A stretch of DNA of 64,000 nucleotides. Origin: Candidatus Glassbacteria bacterium (lineage in GTDB: Bacteria; Gemmatimonadota; Glassbacteria; GWA2-58-10). The notes beneath the pieces are model-generated. The model had not been told where the DNA came from. It saw only the letters and a list, made by a program, of their open reading frames with translations, and made no database searches. The position numbers and the translations under genes were made by a program. This document shows, one piece after another, positions 37,261 through 52,550 of this stretch; the stretch's first letter is position 1; each line of letters opens with the position of its first letter. The stretch spans positions 681,704-745,703 of the forward strand of contig CAVVYO010000006.1 of NCBI GenBank assembly GCA_963752515.1. Direction: 5' to 3'.

Positions 37261-38351
37261 GTGGCGACAGACCGCGACAGCATGATCGACAGCATCATCC
37301 GCGAGGAGATCCGGGCCCTCAAGCCCTACCGCTCCCCCCGGCACCATTTCCGGATCAAGCTCGACCTGAACGAGAGCCCGTTCGACCTGCCGGTGGAGCT
37401 GAAAAAACGCCTCCAGGCCCGGGTCGAGTCATTGCTCTGGCAACGCTACCACGATGAGTTCGAGGAACCATTGAGGGAGGCGCTGGCCGCCCACCTCGGG
37501 ATGCCGGAGGCGGGCATCCTGATCGGCAACGGCTCCAACGAGCTGATCTTCCACAGCCTGCTGGCCGCGGTGCGCCACGGCGACCCGGTGCTGATTCCCG
37601 AGCCCTCGTTCAGCCTTTACCGCCAGAACGCGCTGGTGCTGGGCGGGGAGCCATTGCCGTTCACGCTCAAAGCCCCGGCCTACCTGCCGGACCCGGAGGA
37701 AGTGCTCGCCCTGGCGGCCAGCACCCATCCCGCGGCGGTGGTGCTCTGCTCGCCCAACAATCCCACCGGCGGGCTGGTCCCTACCGCGGAGATCGCCCGG
37801 ATCGCGGAAGGGATCGCGGGGCTGGTAGTGGTGGACGAAGCCTATGCCCAGTTCGCCGAGGACAACTGCCAGCGGCTGGTGGCCGACCATCCCAACCTGA
37901 TTGTCCTGCGCACCTTCAGCAAGTATTTCGGGCTGGCGGGCTTGCGGTTCGGCTACAGCGTTTCCGGCAAAGAGCTGGCGGAGCAGATCGCCAAGGTGCA
38001 GCTGCCGCACCATGTCAATTTCTTCACCCAGCTCTGCGCCCTGGAGCTCTTGGCCGAGCCGGAGCTGATCGCCCATCGGACCGCGCGAGGTCAAGGCTGG
38101 AAGAGCGTTCCTGGAACGGGAGCTGGCGGCCCTGCCGGGGGTGACAGTCTACCCCAGCCAGGCCAATTTCGTGATGATCGGACTTGACGCGGCACACCCC
38201 CTCCCAGGTGTTCGAGGCCCTGATCGAGCGGGGGATCCTGGTGCGCAACATCAGCGGCTACCCCGGCCTGGGACACTGCCTGCGGATCACGGTCGGGCTG
38301 CCGGAAGAGCACGCGGAGCTGCTGGCCGCCCTGCGGGAGGTGCTGCGATGA
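37261..38351 (+). CDS. hisC: Histidinol-phosphate aminotransferase; frameshifts near 38080 and 38190
   Basis: KLDLNESP, GNGSNE, CSPNNPTG, DEAY, RTFSKYFGLAGLRFGY; PSQANF and LRITVG in later frames. Confidence 0.9.
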
Positions 38352-39391
38352 GCCGTCCCCTGGCGACCCTGCTGGAGGAGGCCGCTCCCGGGCTGCTGCG
38401 CAGGAGGGACCCCGCGCCTCTGCCCCTGGCGCGGATCGAGGCGGTGATTTTCGACATGGATGGGGTGCTGGTGGAGATCAAGGGCAGCTTCCGCGAGGTA
38501 ATCAGCCGCACCGTGCAGTTCTTTTTCAATGAGCTGCTGCAGGTGCCGGGCGAGGAAGTGCTGGTCAGCGGCGATGACACCGCGCTGTTCAAGCTGGCCG
38601 GGCGCTTCAACAACGACTGGGACCTGGCCAACGGCGCTGTCGCCTGGGGGCTGCTCAAGTACCTGGGGCGGGACGGCAACGGGGTAAGCATGCGCGAGCT
38701 GCGCCACGAGGCTCCCTCCCTGGAGGAGTTCACCGCCGAGGTCAAACGCCGCGGCGGCGGGCTGGTCCCGGTGATGGAACTGGTGCGCAAACGGCTGGGA
38801 GTCAAGGCGTTCCACCGTTTCGCCGACCTCTACCGCCCGGAGCTGGTCAAGCAGATTTTCATGGAGCACTACGCCGGCCCGGAGTACTGCCGTCGGTTCT
38901 ACCACTTCGAGCCGCGCTACTATCACGGCCCGGGGCTGATGCGCAACGAGCGCTACGTGATCGAGCTGGAGCTGCTGGAGCGCCTGGCCGCGCACGGGGT
39001 CGGGCTGGGAGTGCTCACCGGCCGGATCCCCGAGGAGGCCGATTTCCTGCTGCGACAGACCGGCCTGGACCGGCTGATCGACCAGGCGCACGTGGTCACC
39101 GATGATGGCGCGCTGCCGCCCAAGCCCAGCCCGGCCGGGCTGGCCGCCTTGGCCGAGCGGATGGGCTTTTCCGGGGCGATCTATGTTGGCGACACCCCGG
39201 ACGACTGGTCGACAGTCGCCGCCTACCGGATGCTCGATGGCGGAAGGCCGCCGTTCGCCGGCTGCCTGGTGCGACAGACCGGGGCCTTGCCGACCGAGCT
39301 GATGGAGCGCTATTTTCAGGAAGCCCGGCCGGACTACCTGGCCGAGGATGTCAACTGCCTGCTGCGGGCCCTGCTGTCAGTCCGCGGTTGA
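38348..39391 (+). CDS. HAD-superfamily hydrolase, candidate histidinol-phosphate phosphatase
   Basis: [29 protein letters not shown]; ATGA-coupled to hisC. Confidence 0.75.
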   Translation: MSRPLATLLEEAAPGLLRRRDPAPLPLARIEAVIFDMDGVLVEIKGSFREVISRTVQFFFNELLQVPGEEVLVSGDDTALFKLAGRFNNDWDLANGAVAWGLLKYLGRDGNGVSMRELRHEAPSLEEFTAEVKRRGGGLVPVMELVRKRLGVKAFHRFADLYRPELVKQIFMEHYAGPEYCRRFYHFEPRYYHGPGLMRNERYVIELELLERLAAHGVGLGVLTGRIPEEADFLLRQTGLDRLIDQAHVVTDDGALPPKPSPAGLAALAERMGFSGAIYVGDTPDDWSTVAAYRMLDGGRPPFAGCLVRQTGALPTELMERYFQEARPDYLAEDVNCLLRALLSVRG

Positions 39392-39477
39392 TTTTATCAA
39401 GTTCGCGCGGAGCATCGACCTGGCTTTTCCTGTGTCCGCTCCGGCTTCTGCCTGAACCTCAATCCGGGGGCTTCGCC

Positions 39478-40072
39478 ATGAGCGCACCGAGGACCGCCAC
39501 GGTCGAGCGCAAGACCGCCGAGACCGAGATCCGCCTGACCCTCAACCTGGATGGCACGGGCCGGAGCACGGTCGCCACCGGGGTCGGCTTCTTCGACCAC
39601 ATGCTCGACCGCCCTGGCCCGCCACGGCCGGTTCGACCTGGAGGTGAGCTGCCGGGGCGACCTCCAGATCGATGACCACCACACGGTCGAGGATGTGGGC
39701 CTGGTGCTGGGCGAGGCGATCGGCAAGGCCCTGGGCGACAAGCGCGGGATCGCCCGTTTCGCCGAGGCGCTGGTGCCGATGGATGAGGCCCTGGGCCGGG
39801 CGGTGGTCGATGTCAGCGGCCGGGGGCTGCTGGTCTTCCGCGGCTCTTTCAGCCGGGAGAAAGTGGGCGACCTCAGCACCGAGCTGGTCGAGGAGTTCTG
39901 GCGGGCGCTGGCCTCGCGGGCGGCGATCACCCTGCACCTGGAGCTGCTCTACGGGCAGAACGCCCACCACCAGGCGGAGTGCCTGTTCAAGGCCGCGGCC
40001 CGGGCGCTGGCCGGCGCGTTGGCGGTAATCCCGGGCCGGACCGATGTGCCCTCCACCAAGGGCGTGCTGTGA
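39478..40072 (+). CDS. hisB: Imidazoleglycerol-phosphate dehydratase (monofunctional); frameshift near 39610
   Basis: [49 protein letters not shown]. Confidence 0.92.
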
Positions 40073-40098
40073 AGCCGTGCGACCATGGACAGGATCGG

Positions 40099-40698
40099 AT
40101 GATAAATATCATCGACTTCCAAATGGGCAACCTCCGCAGCGTGGAGAAAGCCTTCCAGTACCTGGGCTTCCAGGCCCGGGTCAGCCAGGACCCCTCGGAC
40201 ATCCCCGGGGCGAGCCACCTGGTGCTCCCCGGCGATGGAGCGTTCGGCAGGAGCATGGAGCATATCCGCGGGATGGGCTTCGAGCAGCCCTTGCGGGAGT
40301 TCCTGGCCACCGGAAAGCCGGTGCTGGGGATCTGTGTCGGCTTCCAGCTGCTGTTCGAGCAGAGCGAGGAGATGGGCCTCCACCAGGGGCTGGCCCTGCT
40401 GCCGGGGACCGTGGTCCGTTTTCCGGCCGGGCGGAAGATTCCGCACATGGGCTGGAACCAGGTGGCCTGGCGCAAGGACTCGCCGCTGTCGCGGGGAATC
40501 CCGGACAACTCGTTCTTCTACTTCGTGCACTCCTACTATGCCCGGGCCGCCGCGCCCGGCGATGTGCTGGGCGCCACCGACTACGGGCTGGAGTTCGCCT
40601 CGGTGGTGGAGCGCGACAACCTGTTCGCCGTACAGTTCCACCCGGAGAAGAGCCAGGAGGCGGGTTTGCGCCTGCTGAAAAATTTCGCCTCGCTCTGA
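40099..40698 (+). CDS. hisH: IGP synthase glutamine amidotransferase subunit
   Basis: GNLRSV, GICVGFQ, IPHMGWN, YFVHSY, QFHPEKS. Confidence 0.93.
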   Translation: MINIIDFQMGNLRSVEKAFQYLGFQARVSQDPSDIPGASHLVLPGDGAFGRSMEHIRGMGFEQPLREFLATGKPVLGICVGFQLLFEQSEEMGLHQGLALLPGTVVRFPAGRKIPHMGWNQVAWRKDSPLSRGIPDNSFFYFVHSYYARAAAPGDVLGATDYGLEFASVVERDNLFAVQFHPEKSQEAGLRLLKNFASL

Positions 40699-40730
40699 GA
40701 CCGGACCACCTGATCGAGGGGTAAACACTC

Positions 40731-41471
40731 ATGGTACAGATCATTCCCGCGATCGATCTGATGGGCGGCCGGGTGGTGCGGCTGCGCCAGGGCCTCAGGA
40801 CCGAGCAGACCGCCTACTTCGAGGACCCCTCCGAGCCGGCCCGGGCTTTCCTGGAGGCCGGGGCCCGGCTGATCCATGTCGTGGACCTGGATGGCGCGTT
40901 CGGCGGCCATCCCGCCAACCTGGAGCTGGTCCGGTGGATTGTCCGGGCCCTGGAGGGCACCGGTTGCCTGATCGAGCTCGGCGGCGGGGTGCGCAACCTG
41001 GAGGCCGCCCGCCAGGTGCTGGAACTGGGAGTGAGCCGGGTGATCCTCGGCACCGCGATGTTCGCCGACCCGGAGCTGCTGCCCCGGGCGCTGGCGGAGT
41101 TCGGGCCGGAGCGGGTGGTGGCCGGGCTCGATGCCCGGGATGGCAAGCTGGCGGTGCGCGGCTGGGAGGAAGTGACCTCGCTGGACACCCTGGAGCTGGC
41201 GCGCCGGGTGGCCGCGCAGGGAGCGCGCCGGGTGATCTACACCGACATCGCCACCGATGGGATGCTGATCGGCCCCAACCTGCCGGCCCTGGAGCGGATC
41301 TGCGCCAGCGGCCTGAAGGTGATCGCCTCCGGCGGGATCTCGAGCCTGGAGGATGTGCGGACCGTGGCCCGGCTGGAGCCGCTGGGGGTCGAGGGGATCA
41401 TCATCGGCAAGGCGCTCTACGAGGGCCGGCTGACTGTCGCCGAGGCGATCGCGGCCGCCGGGGAGATCTAG
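40731..41471 (+). CDS. hisA: ProFAR isomerase
   Basis: [41 protein letters not shown]. Confidence 0.93.
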   Translation: MVQIIPAIDLMGGRVVRLRQGLRTEQTAYFEDPSEPARAFLEAGARLIHVVDLDGAFGGHPANLELVRWIVRALEGTGCLIELGGGVRNLEAARQVLELGVSRVILGTAMFADPELLPRALAEFGPERVVAGLDARDGKLAVRGWEEVTSLDTLELARRVAAQGARRVIYTDIATDGMLIGPNLPALERICASGLKVIASGGISSLEDVRTVARLEPLGVEGIIIGKALYEGRLTVAEAIAAAGEI

Positions 41472-41560
41472 GAAGCTTGAGGAGCACCAGTCGGTCGCTC
41501 CTCAAGCTGTCCCGAAAACCAGGCCCGGCCCGGGCGATAAGAGGAAACCCTTAACTCATT

Positions 41561-41588
41561 GTAGGGGCGAGGCATGCCTCGCCCCTAC
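41561..41588. repeat. GTAG-type REP palindrome
   Basis: Perfect 28-bp palindrome GTAGGGGCGAGGCA|TGCCTCGCCCCTAC. Confidence 0.75.
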
Positions 41589-41640
41589 GGCCGAATCCCA
41601 TCGCATCGGGATAAACCAACTCAATTCTGGCGTGGGTCAC

Positions 41641-42420
41641 ATGCTGGCGAAACGGATCATCCCCTGCCTGGACATCGACAAGGGGCGGGTGGTCAAGGGC
41701 GTGCAGTTCATCAACCTGATCGATGCCGGGGACCCGGTCGAGCAGGCCAAGTACTATGAGGAGCAACAGGCGGACGAGCTGGTGTTCCTGGACATCACCG
41801 CCAGCCACGAGCAACGCGAAACTGTCCTCGAGCTGGCCCGCAAGGTGAGCGACCAGGTGTTCATCCCCTTCACCATCGGCGGGGGGCTGCGAACTGTCGA
41901 GGATGTGCGCCTGATGCTCAAGAGCGGGGCCGACAAGGTCTCGATCAACACCGCGGCGGTCAATGACCCCGCCGTGGTCACCGAAAGCGCCGAGCGGTTC
42001 GGCAGCCAGTGCATCGTGGTGGCGATCGATGCCAAGCGGCGGGCCGACTATGACCCCGCCCGCGGGGCGTTCGGCAACTGGGAGGTCTACACCCACGGCG
42101 GCCGCCGCCCGACCGGGCTGGATGCCGTGGAGTGGGCGATCGAGATCGAGCGGCGCGGCGCGGGCGAAATTCTGCTGACCAGCATGGACCGCGATGGCAG
42201 CAAGGCCGGGTTCGACTGCGAGCTGACCGCGGCGGTAAGCGGCAACCTCCAGATTCCGGTGATCGCCTCGGGCGGGGTGGGCACGCTGGAGCACCTCTAC
42301 GATGGGCTGATCCTGGGCCAGGCCGATGCGGTGCTGGCCGCCAGCATCTTCCACTTCCGGGAGTACTCGGTCACCCAGGCCAAGCAGTACCTGCGGGAGC
42401 GCGGGGTGCCGGTGCGCTGA
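41641..42420 (+). CDS. hisF: IGP synthase cyclase subunit
   Basis: [50 protein letters not shown]. Confidence 0.95.
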   Translation: MLAKRIIPCLDIDKGRVVKGVQFINLIDAGDPVEQAKYYEEQQADELVFLDITASHEQRETVLELARKVSDQVFIPFTIGGGLRTVEDVRLMLKSGADKVSINTAAVNDPAVVTESAERFGSQCIVVAIDAKRRADYDPARGAFGNWEVYTHGGRRPTGLDAVEWAIEIERRGAGEILLTSMDRDGSKAGFDCELTAAVSGNLQIPVIASGGVGTLEHLYDGLILGQADAVLAASIFHFREYSVTQAKQYLRERGVPVR

Positions 42421-42527
42421 GCGGTCCGCCGGGGAGACGTTTCGCTCCGCAAGTATCGATTTGATAGACCTCCGGTAAGATTTTTAGTGCGGATTTTTCA
42501 ATTCTGTGATATTATACTGGTGATCTT

Positions 42528-42767
42528 GTGCCGCGAGATAATGACAGACAGGGCAAGTTGGCTAGGAATCTCGGGCAGATGGGGCCATACCTCGGGTTGG
42601 GACTGGAGTTCGCCTTCACCCTGCTGCTGTTGATTTTCCTCGGAAGATATCTCGATCGGCGCTGGGGCACCGAGCCGATCCTGCTGCTGGTCGGCAGCGC
42701 CCTGGGCTTCGTGATCGGGTTCTACTACCTGATCCGGACCCTTTCCGGTCTTTCCAAGCGCAAGTGA
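42528..42767 (+). CDS. AtpZ/AtpI (ATPase gene 1) family membrane protein
   Basis: Two TM helices with G..LD..WGT.P; first gene of the atp operon. Confidence 0.8.
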   Translation: MPRDNDRQGKLARNLGQMGPYLGLGLEFAFTLLLLIFLGRYLDRRWGTEPILLLVGSALGFVIGFYYLIRTLSGLSKRK

Positions 42768-43186
42768 AACGTCGGGGACGGGTGAACGTTCATCGTTCTT
42801 CCTCCAGGGGCAGCGGCGGTTTCCTCCGGCTGCTGCTGGCGATCACCGGGCTGGTGCTGGGAGCGGCCCGGCTGCTGCCGGGCCTGGAGTCCCGCGGCGC
42901 GGTCGCGTGCGGCGCGCTGATCAGCGCCGGAGTGTTCTCGTTCAGCTTCGTCCTCTACCAGCGCGGGGTCCGCTCCGGCGGGCAGGGACGTTTCATCAAG
43001 CTGGTAGTGGGCGCGATCATCGCCCGGATGCTGTCCGCCCTGGGGCTGCTGGCCATCGGAGCCGCGCTGCTGGGGCTGGCGGCCGGACCGCTGGCGGTGA
43101 GTTGCCTGGGGACATACCTGGCTTTTTCTCTTCTCGAGCATTTGTACCTGCTGCCGGTGATCAAGCGCGGCTCGGAGAGCGACTGA
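42764..43186 (+). CDS. ATP synthase protein I-like membrane protein
   Basis: Four hydrophobic segments; lies between gene 1 and subunit a. Confidence 0.65.
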   Translation: MKRRGRVNVHRSSSRGSGGFLRLLLAITGLVLGAARLLPGLESRGAVACGALISAGVFSFSFVLYQRGVRSGGQGRFIKLVVGAIIARMLSALGLLAIGAALLGLAAGPLAVSCLGTYLAFSLLEHLYLLPVIKRGSESD

Positions 43187-43187
43187 C

Positions 43188-44060
43188 ATGGCCAATCTGT
43201 TGTATGCAGCGACGGAAGGCGCGGCGCACGGCGCCACCGAACACGCGGCGGCCGCGGCCGGACACGGCGGCCACGCCAACCCGACCACCCCCGGCGAGAT
43301 CATGCAGGCCCTGATCGCCCACACTTACGACCACACGGTGATCCAGATCCCCTGGCATGCCCTTCGGCGCGAGTCGACATCTCGATCACCAGGCTGACGA
43401 TCATGATGTGGGTGGCCGGGGCGCTGGTGTTCCTGCTCTTCCGCTCTCTGGCCGGGATGCAGAAGAAGCGTGAGCTGGCCACCGGCCGCTACATGAATTT
43501 CTTCGAGCCGTTCGTGATCTACGTCCGGGACGAGATGGTCTACCCGATCATGGGCAGCCAGCGCGGACGCAAGTACCTGCCTTTGTTCCTGACCCAGTTC
43601 TTCTTCATTCTGTTCGCCAACCTGCTGGGGCTGATCCCGTGGATGTCCACCGCCACCGGCAACCTGGCGGTGACCGGCTCGCTGGCGCTCACCACCCTGT
43701 GTGACCATGTTCGTCTGGGGGATGTCCGAGCAGGGCGTGGTGCATTTCTGGAAGAACATGGTGCCGCCGGGGATGCCGGTCTGGTTGTTGCCGCTGCTGT
43801 TTCCGATCGAGTTGCTGGGCCAGTTCATCAAGGCTTCGCCCTGACCATCCGACTTTTTGCCAACATGATGGCCGGGCATATCGTGATCCTGACTTTCATC
43901 GGGCTGATCTTCATCTTCCAGAGCTATTTCGTGGCGGTCCCGCGATAGCTTTCGCGCTGTTCATCTACATGCTGGAGATTCTGGTGGCCTTCCTGCAGGC
44001 CTTCATCTTCACCTTGCTGTCGATAATTTTCGTCGCCAGATGGTGCATCCCGAGCATTGA
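43188..44060 (+). CDS. atpB: F0 subunit a (multiple indels)
   Basis: FFFILFANLLGLIP, TATGN, ALTIRLFANMMAGH, EILVAFLQAFIF across shifted frames. Confidence 0.9.
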
Positions 44061-44345
<285 letters not shown>

Positions 44346-44386
44346 GAGACGGGGGATATCAGAAGCCGAAGGGAAGGTAATCGGAA

Positions 44387-44883
44387 ATGGATCTTCTCGC
44401 GATAAACCCCGGCCTGATTTTCTGGACCCTGGTGACTTTCGTCATCCTGCTGCTCCTGCTCAAGAAGTTCGTCTGGGGCCCGGTGATAGATGCGGTGGAT
44501 CGCCGCGAAACTCAATGCTCAAGGCCATGTTCGAGAGCGGAGAAAGCCCGGCGGAGGCCAAGCGCCTGTGCAGCAGTACGAGGCCCAGCTGGCCCAGGCC
44601 AGCGACGAGGTCAACCAGATCCTGGACGAGGGCAAGGCCCGCGCCGGCCAAGAACGCCGACGAGTTGATCGTCAAGCGCTCCAGCCGAGAGGCGGAAGAG
44701 CATTATCAACGGGCCAGCGCGGAGATCGACCGGGAGACGGGAAAAGGCGGTAGACGAGATCAGGCAGCAGGTGGTCAAGATCAGCCTGAAGGCTGCCGAG
44801 CAGATTATCGAGCAAGACCCTTGATGAGCGCGAGCACCGGGATTACATCGAGCAAGCGATCTCCGAGATCGACGCCAGGATAA
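44387..44883 (+). CDS. atpF: F0 subunit b (multiple indels)
   Basis: [24 protein letters not shown]....D.RE. Confidence 0.88.
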
Positions 44884-45426
44884 ATGAAAAATTCTCGCAG
44901 GTCGGCAAAAGAATACGCCAAGGCATTGTTCATGCTCGCCGGCCGCAACCGACCGGATCGAGGTGATAGCCGAGGAATTCGGACGCTTTCCTCGGCATGT
45001 GGAGAGCGATCCGCCGGCTGAGGCACTTCCTGCTCGCCCGCAGATCAGCGCGGAGGCGGAGTGGAGTCATTCGGCAGGCTTCCAGGGCAGAGTCGGCGGA
45101 GGACTTCCTGAAATTCATGATGGTGGTGATCTCCAAGCGACGCCAGGACAGCCGGCAGAATCGGCGAAGCGTTACCGAGGAACTCGACCAGCTATTACAA
45201 CCGGATGGAGGTCGCGGTCGGCCGCGCGGTGGAGCTGACAGAAAATGAGCGACGAGACCATGTCGAGCGGCTGACCCGCCACCTCGAGCAAGAGGTTTGC
45301 TTAAGCATGATCAATCCGCATCTGCTAGGCGGGCTGGTCTGCCGGATCGGGGACATCGTCTTCGATGGGAGCCTGCGCCGGCGGTTACCGTCTTCGCCAC
45401 CAGATGTTGAAAGCGAAGGAGTCTAA
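44884..45426 (+). CDS. atpH: F1 delta subunit (multiple indels)
   Basis: AKEYAKAL; INPHLLGGLVCRIGDIVFDGSLR. Confidence 0.82.
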
Positions 45427-45439
45427 GGAGCAGACGGTC

Positions 45440-46983
<1,544 letters not shown>

Positions 46984-47055
46984 CCCGCGCTGTCCCCCGC
47001 GTGGGGGACAGCCGGCCCGGCGCGACAGCGGCCGGAGCCGGTCACCCGGAGAGCG

Positions 47056-49444
<2,389 letters not shown>

Positions 49445-49459
49445 TGACAGGGGCGACTG

Positions 49460-49885
49460 ATGCCTGAGCTTCACGTTAAGCTGATCACCCAGGAGCGGGT
49501 GCTGTTCGATGGCGCGGCCGAGAGCGTGATGGTCCCGGCGGCGAACGGCTACCTGGGAGTCCTGCCCAAGCACGCGCCCCTGATGGCGGCGCTGGGGAAC
49601 GGAGTGCTGAAGATCAGCCGCGGGGGGAAGGATGAGGAGGTTTATTACGCAGTGTTCGGCGGCTTCCTGCAGGTCAAGGATGACCTGGTGACTGTCCTGG
49701 CCGACCAGGCGGTCGCCGCCGCGGAGATCGACCCGCTCCAGGCCCGGGAGGAAGTGAGCCGTCTGCAGAAAGCCCTGGCCGAGCAGGCCCCGGGCGAGCA
49801 GCAGCGACAGCTCTCCCATGAGCTGGAAGAGGCCCGGGTGCGCGATCAGGCCGCGCGCCAGGCCGGCGGCAAGCCCGACTTCTGA
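49460..49885 (+). CDS. atpC: F1 epsilon subunit
   Basis: G.LGVLPKHAPL, GGFLQV, VTVLAD. Confidence 0.9.
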   Translation: MPELHVKLITQERVLFDGAAESVMVPAANGYLGVLPKHAPLMAALGNGVLKISRGGKDEEVYYAVFGGFLQVKDDLVTVLADQAVAAAEIDPLQAREEVSRLQKALAEQAPGEQQRQLSHELEEARVRDQAARQAGGKPDF

Positions 49886-49909
49886 TCAGCAATCATACCT
49901 GAAATGCCA

Positions 49910-49945
49910 AGCGCCCCGGTTTCCCGAGAGGGAGGCCGGGGCGCA
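49910..49945. terminator. GC-rich hairpin after atpC
   Basis: GCGCCCCGGTTTCCC-gaga-GGGAGGCCGGGGCGC. Confidence 0.6.
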
Positions 49946-49963
49946 ATCGCCTTCAGGACGGCT

Positions 49964-51010
49964 TCAGGGAATGACTATTCTTGAAGAACTTCTTTTTTCG
50001 AAAGGCAAGAAAGGATAAGAACGGAAATCTAAGCACCTAAACTTTCCTTTATTATCATATATGCATGACCATACTTTATCTGGAGGCTTATAAATATCCT
50101 CAAACGGAAGTCCTGTATAATGCGAAAGATAATAAGCATAATTCCGATCATCCCATTCGTTAAAAAGCGGACGAACTGACCACCCCCCCAGCGGCATTTG
50201 GTAGACTTGGTGTGGCTTCCCTGCCATGGTGATATATTTTGGATATCGTGTGGCAAGAGAAGCCTTATAAGCACAAACAGCGCACAACTCCCTAAATTGC
50301 ATTGGATGTAGTGGGAAATCCTTAAAATCGGCAAAGTCTTCTTCAAATGCCTGCTGTGCTCCTCCATCAAGAAGAACTCCAATCATTCCAACTTCACCGA
50401 TACGACATCCTATGAAGAGGCCGTCAATGTGGTCACAAAAGTCCCATTGTGCTCTTTGATCCTGGGGAACTTGGGTTTTAAAAAGGAATATTGAACCTGG
50501 AAAGAAATCAACCGCCTCTATTTTATTGCGTGCTTCCTGCAGAAAGAATCTAAGCGTTGAGAATCTTTGAAGCATTTCTCTTGGAATTATTCGCTCACCA
50601 TTAGAAAAAGATCTATAAGTGGACAGTAGTGACTCTTTACATAATATCCCATAGAATATCTTACTTAACCATAAATACAATATTTTGCTTCCAAGTGACT
50701 GGACATCATTAAAGCCTGCAAGGGTGGCTTGAGCCAACAATGTCTCGATTGGACCAAGCCTGTATTTGTTGCAATCTTCACAGCATGGTATAGTTAAGAA
50801 TCTATAGGCAATCCAGGTATTATTTGAGAGATAAATGGATTGATTCCATAAATCAAAACGCCTTTGGACCCATTCAGGTATTATGTGTTCCGATGTATGT
50901 TTTGAAGTAAAAAGGGAGCAAGAACACAGGAAGCAGGTGTTGCCGTCAAAGGGCTTTGCGGCAGCAGTACTTAAATCTCTCAAATCTTGCCCAACGCGGT
51001 CGTTCATCAT
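49964..51010 (-). CDS. AT-rich hypothetical protein with an N-terminal HNH-like Zn motif
   Basis: CFLC...TSEHIIPEW...IPCCEDCN; much lower GC than the flanks. Confidence 0.65.
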   Translation of the reverse strand: MMNDRVGQDLRDLSTAAAKPFDGNTCFLCSCSLFTSKHTSEHIIPEWVQRRFDLWNQSIYLSNNTWIAYRFLTIPCCEDCNKYRLGPIETLLAQATLAGFNDVQSLGSKILYLWLSKIFYGILCKESLLSTYRSFSNGERIIPREMLQRFSTLRFFLQEARNKIEAVDFFPGSIFLFKTQVPQDQRAQWDFCDHIDGLFIGCRIGEVGMIGVLLDGGAQQAFEEDFADFKDFPLHPMQFRELCAVCAYKASLATRYPKYITMAGKPHQVYQMPLGGWSVRPLFNEWDDRNYAYYLSHYTGLPFEDIYKPPDKVWSCIYDNKGKFRCLDFRSYPFLPFEKRSSSRIVIP

Positions 51011-51170
51011 GTGGAGTATTCGAGAATGGATTTTAGTCGATCAGACAATTCCCCTCAAGTAAAAAACACCATCAATAGGTTGCACGGTACCTTCTTGGTC
51101 CGAAGAAGGTCTTGATCTTTTCCATCACTCTCTCGGCGTCCTCATGTAGTTTGTCAAATAATCGTCTATC

Positions 51171-51653
51171 TCAGACCGGTTTTCCCTGGAAGGTGATCTC
51201 CTCGTCCGGGCCGGCCTGCGGATTGGGCTGACCCTTGCCCGCTTTCTTCGGCGCGGGCGGCTGGGGCTTGGCCGCATCCCGTTTGGCCAGCTCCTCGGCC
51301 ACACCCGGGGCGGCCGACATGTCGCAGCGCCCGTTGAAAAACACCCCCTCTTCCACCACCAGCTTGCGAGCCTGCACATCGCCCTCGACCCGGGCGCCGG
51401 ACTGCAGCTCCAGCCGTCCCTCGGCCAGCACGCTGCCATCCACCTTGCCGCCGATGATCGAGTTGCTGACCTGCAGGTCGCCCCGGATCTCGCCGGTCTT
51501 GCCGATGATCGCCATCCCGGTGGCGCTCAGGCTGCCGTCGATCACCCCATCGACCCGCACCGTGCCCTTGACCGAGCACGCGCCCTTGATCACGGTACCC
51601 TGGCCGATGATGGTGTTGAGCTTCTCTCCGTCGCTGGAGCTTTTATCGACCAT
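51171..51653 (-). CDS. Bactofilin (polymer-forming cytoskeletal protein)
   Basis: TIIGQGTVIKG, RVDG, IGKTGEIRG, VEEGVFFNG.C.M. Confidence 0.9.
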   Translation of the reverse strand: MVDKSSSDGEKLNTIIGQGTVIKGACSVKGTVRVDGVIDGSLSATGMAIIGKTGEIRGDLQVSNSIIGGKVDGSVLAEGRLELQSGARVEGDVQARKLVVEEGVFFNGRCDMSAAPGVAEELAKRDAAKPQPPAPKKAGKGQPNPQAGPDEEITFQGKPV

Positions 51654-51677
51654 AACCGCCTCTTTCACCGTTAGTAA

Positions 51678-52502
51678 CTACTGTTCCAGGAATGGTAGCG
51701 GGTCCACGGGGTTGCCGTCCCGGTCGAATACCGCGTAATGCAGATGGGGGGCGCTGCTCTGGCCCAGGTTGCCGCTGTAGGCGATCACATCGCCGCGGCG
51801 GACCCGGTCCCCCTTGCTGACCGTCAGCAGGCTGTTGTGCGCGTACAGTGTGCTGAAGCCGCTGGCGTGCTTGAGCATCACATGGAAACCCAGCTCGGGG
51901 TTGCGCGCGGCGATGGTCACCGTACCATCGCCGGTGGAGCGCACCGGGGTGCCCTCCCGCAACGGGACATCGATCCCGAAGTGGTAGATCTTCGGGTTGA
52001 AGCTCCGGGTGATGTAAGTTTTCTCCTGGACCGGCATCCCGCGGGGCACATCGGCCGGGGCGTAGGAGCCGGGAGCTTCCGGGCGGCCGGCCGGCAGTTC
52101 GGTCCCCGCCACGGGCCAGGGAGGCTCCGGAGTGGCGGTCATCGCCGGCGCGGCGATCATCCGCCCGGTCGAGTCCGCCGCTACCGAGTCCGCGGCCGTG
52201 CTGTCCGTCGCCATCCCCCCGGCGTACCGGATCTTCTTCACCAGCGCGTCCAGTTCCTCGAGCTTGCTGGTCAACACCAGCAGCTTCTGGTTCTCCACCG
52301 CCAGCAACTGGTTCTCGGCCATCAGGCTGTCATACTCACCGGCCTGGTGCAGGATCGGCCGCAGGAAGAACAGCAGGACCAGACCCAGCAGGAAAATCAG
52401 GGCCGCCAGGGCGACGCCCAGCCTGAGCCAGCGGTGGCTGATCCGCAGGGAGTGGACTTCCGCTCCGGGATAGGGAATCACCATCAGGGTCAGGTACTTC
52501 AT
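51678..52502 (-). CDS. M23 family metallopeptidase
   Basis: TM + coiled coil; HFGID, TLYAH, SSAPHLHY. Confidence 0.9.
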   Translation of the reverse strand: MKYLTLMVIPYPGAEVHSLRISHRWLRLGVALAALIFLLGLVLLFFLRPILHQAGEYDSLMAENQLLAVENQKLLVLTSKLEELDALVKKIRYAGGMATDSTAADSVAADSTGRMIAAPAMTATPEPPWPVAGTELPAGRPEAPGSYAPADVPRGMPVQEKTYITRSFNPKIYHFGIDVPLREGTPVRSTGDGTVTIAARNPELGFHVMLKHASGFSTLYAHNSLLTVSKGDRVRRGDVIAYSGNLGQSSAPHLHYAVFDRDGNPVDPLPFLEQ

Positions 52503-52550
52503 TGTAACGGCACTCCCGCGGGCTCAGGCGGCCCGCCGGTTCCTGGCCGG

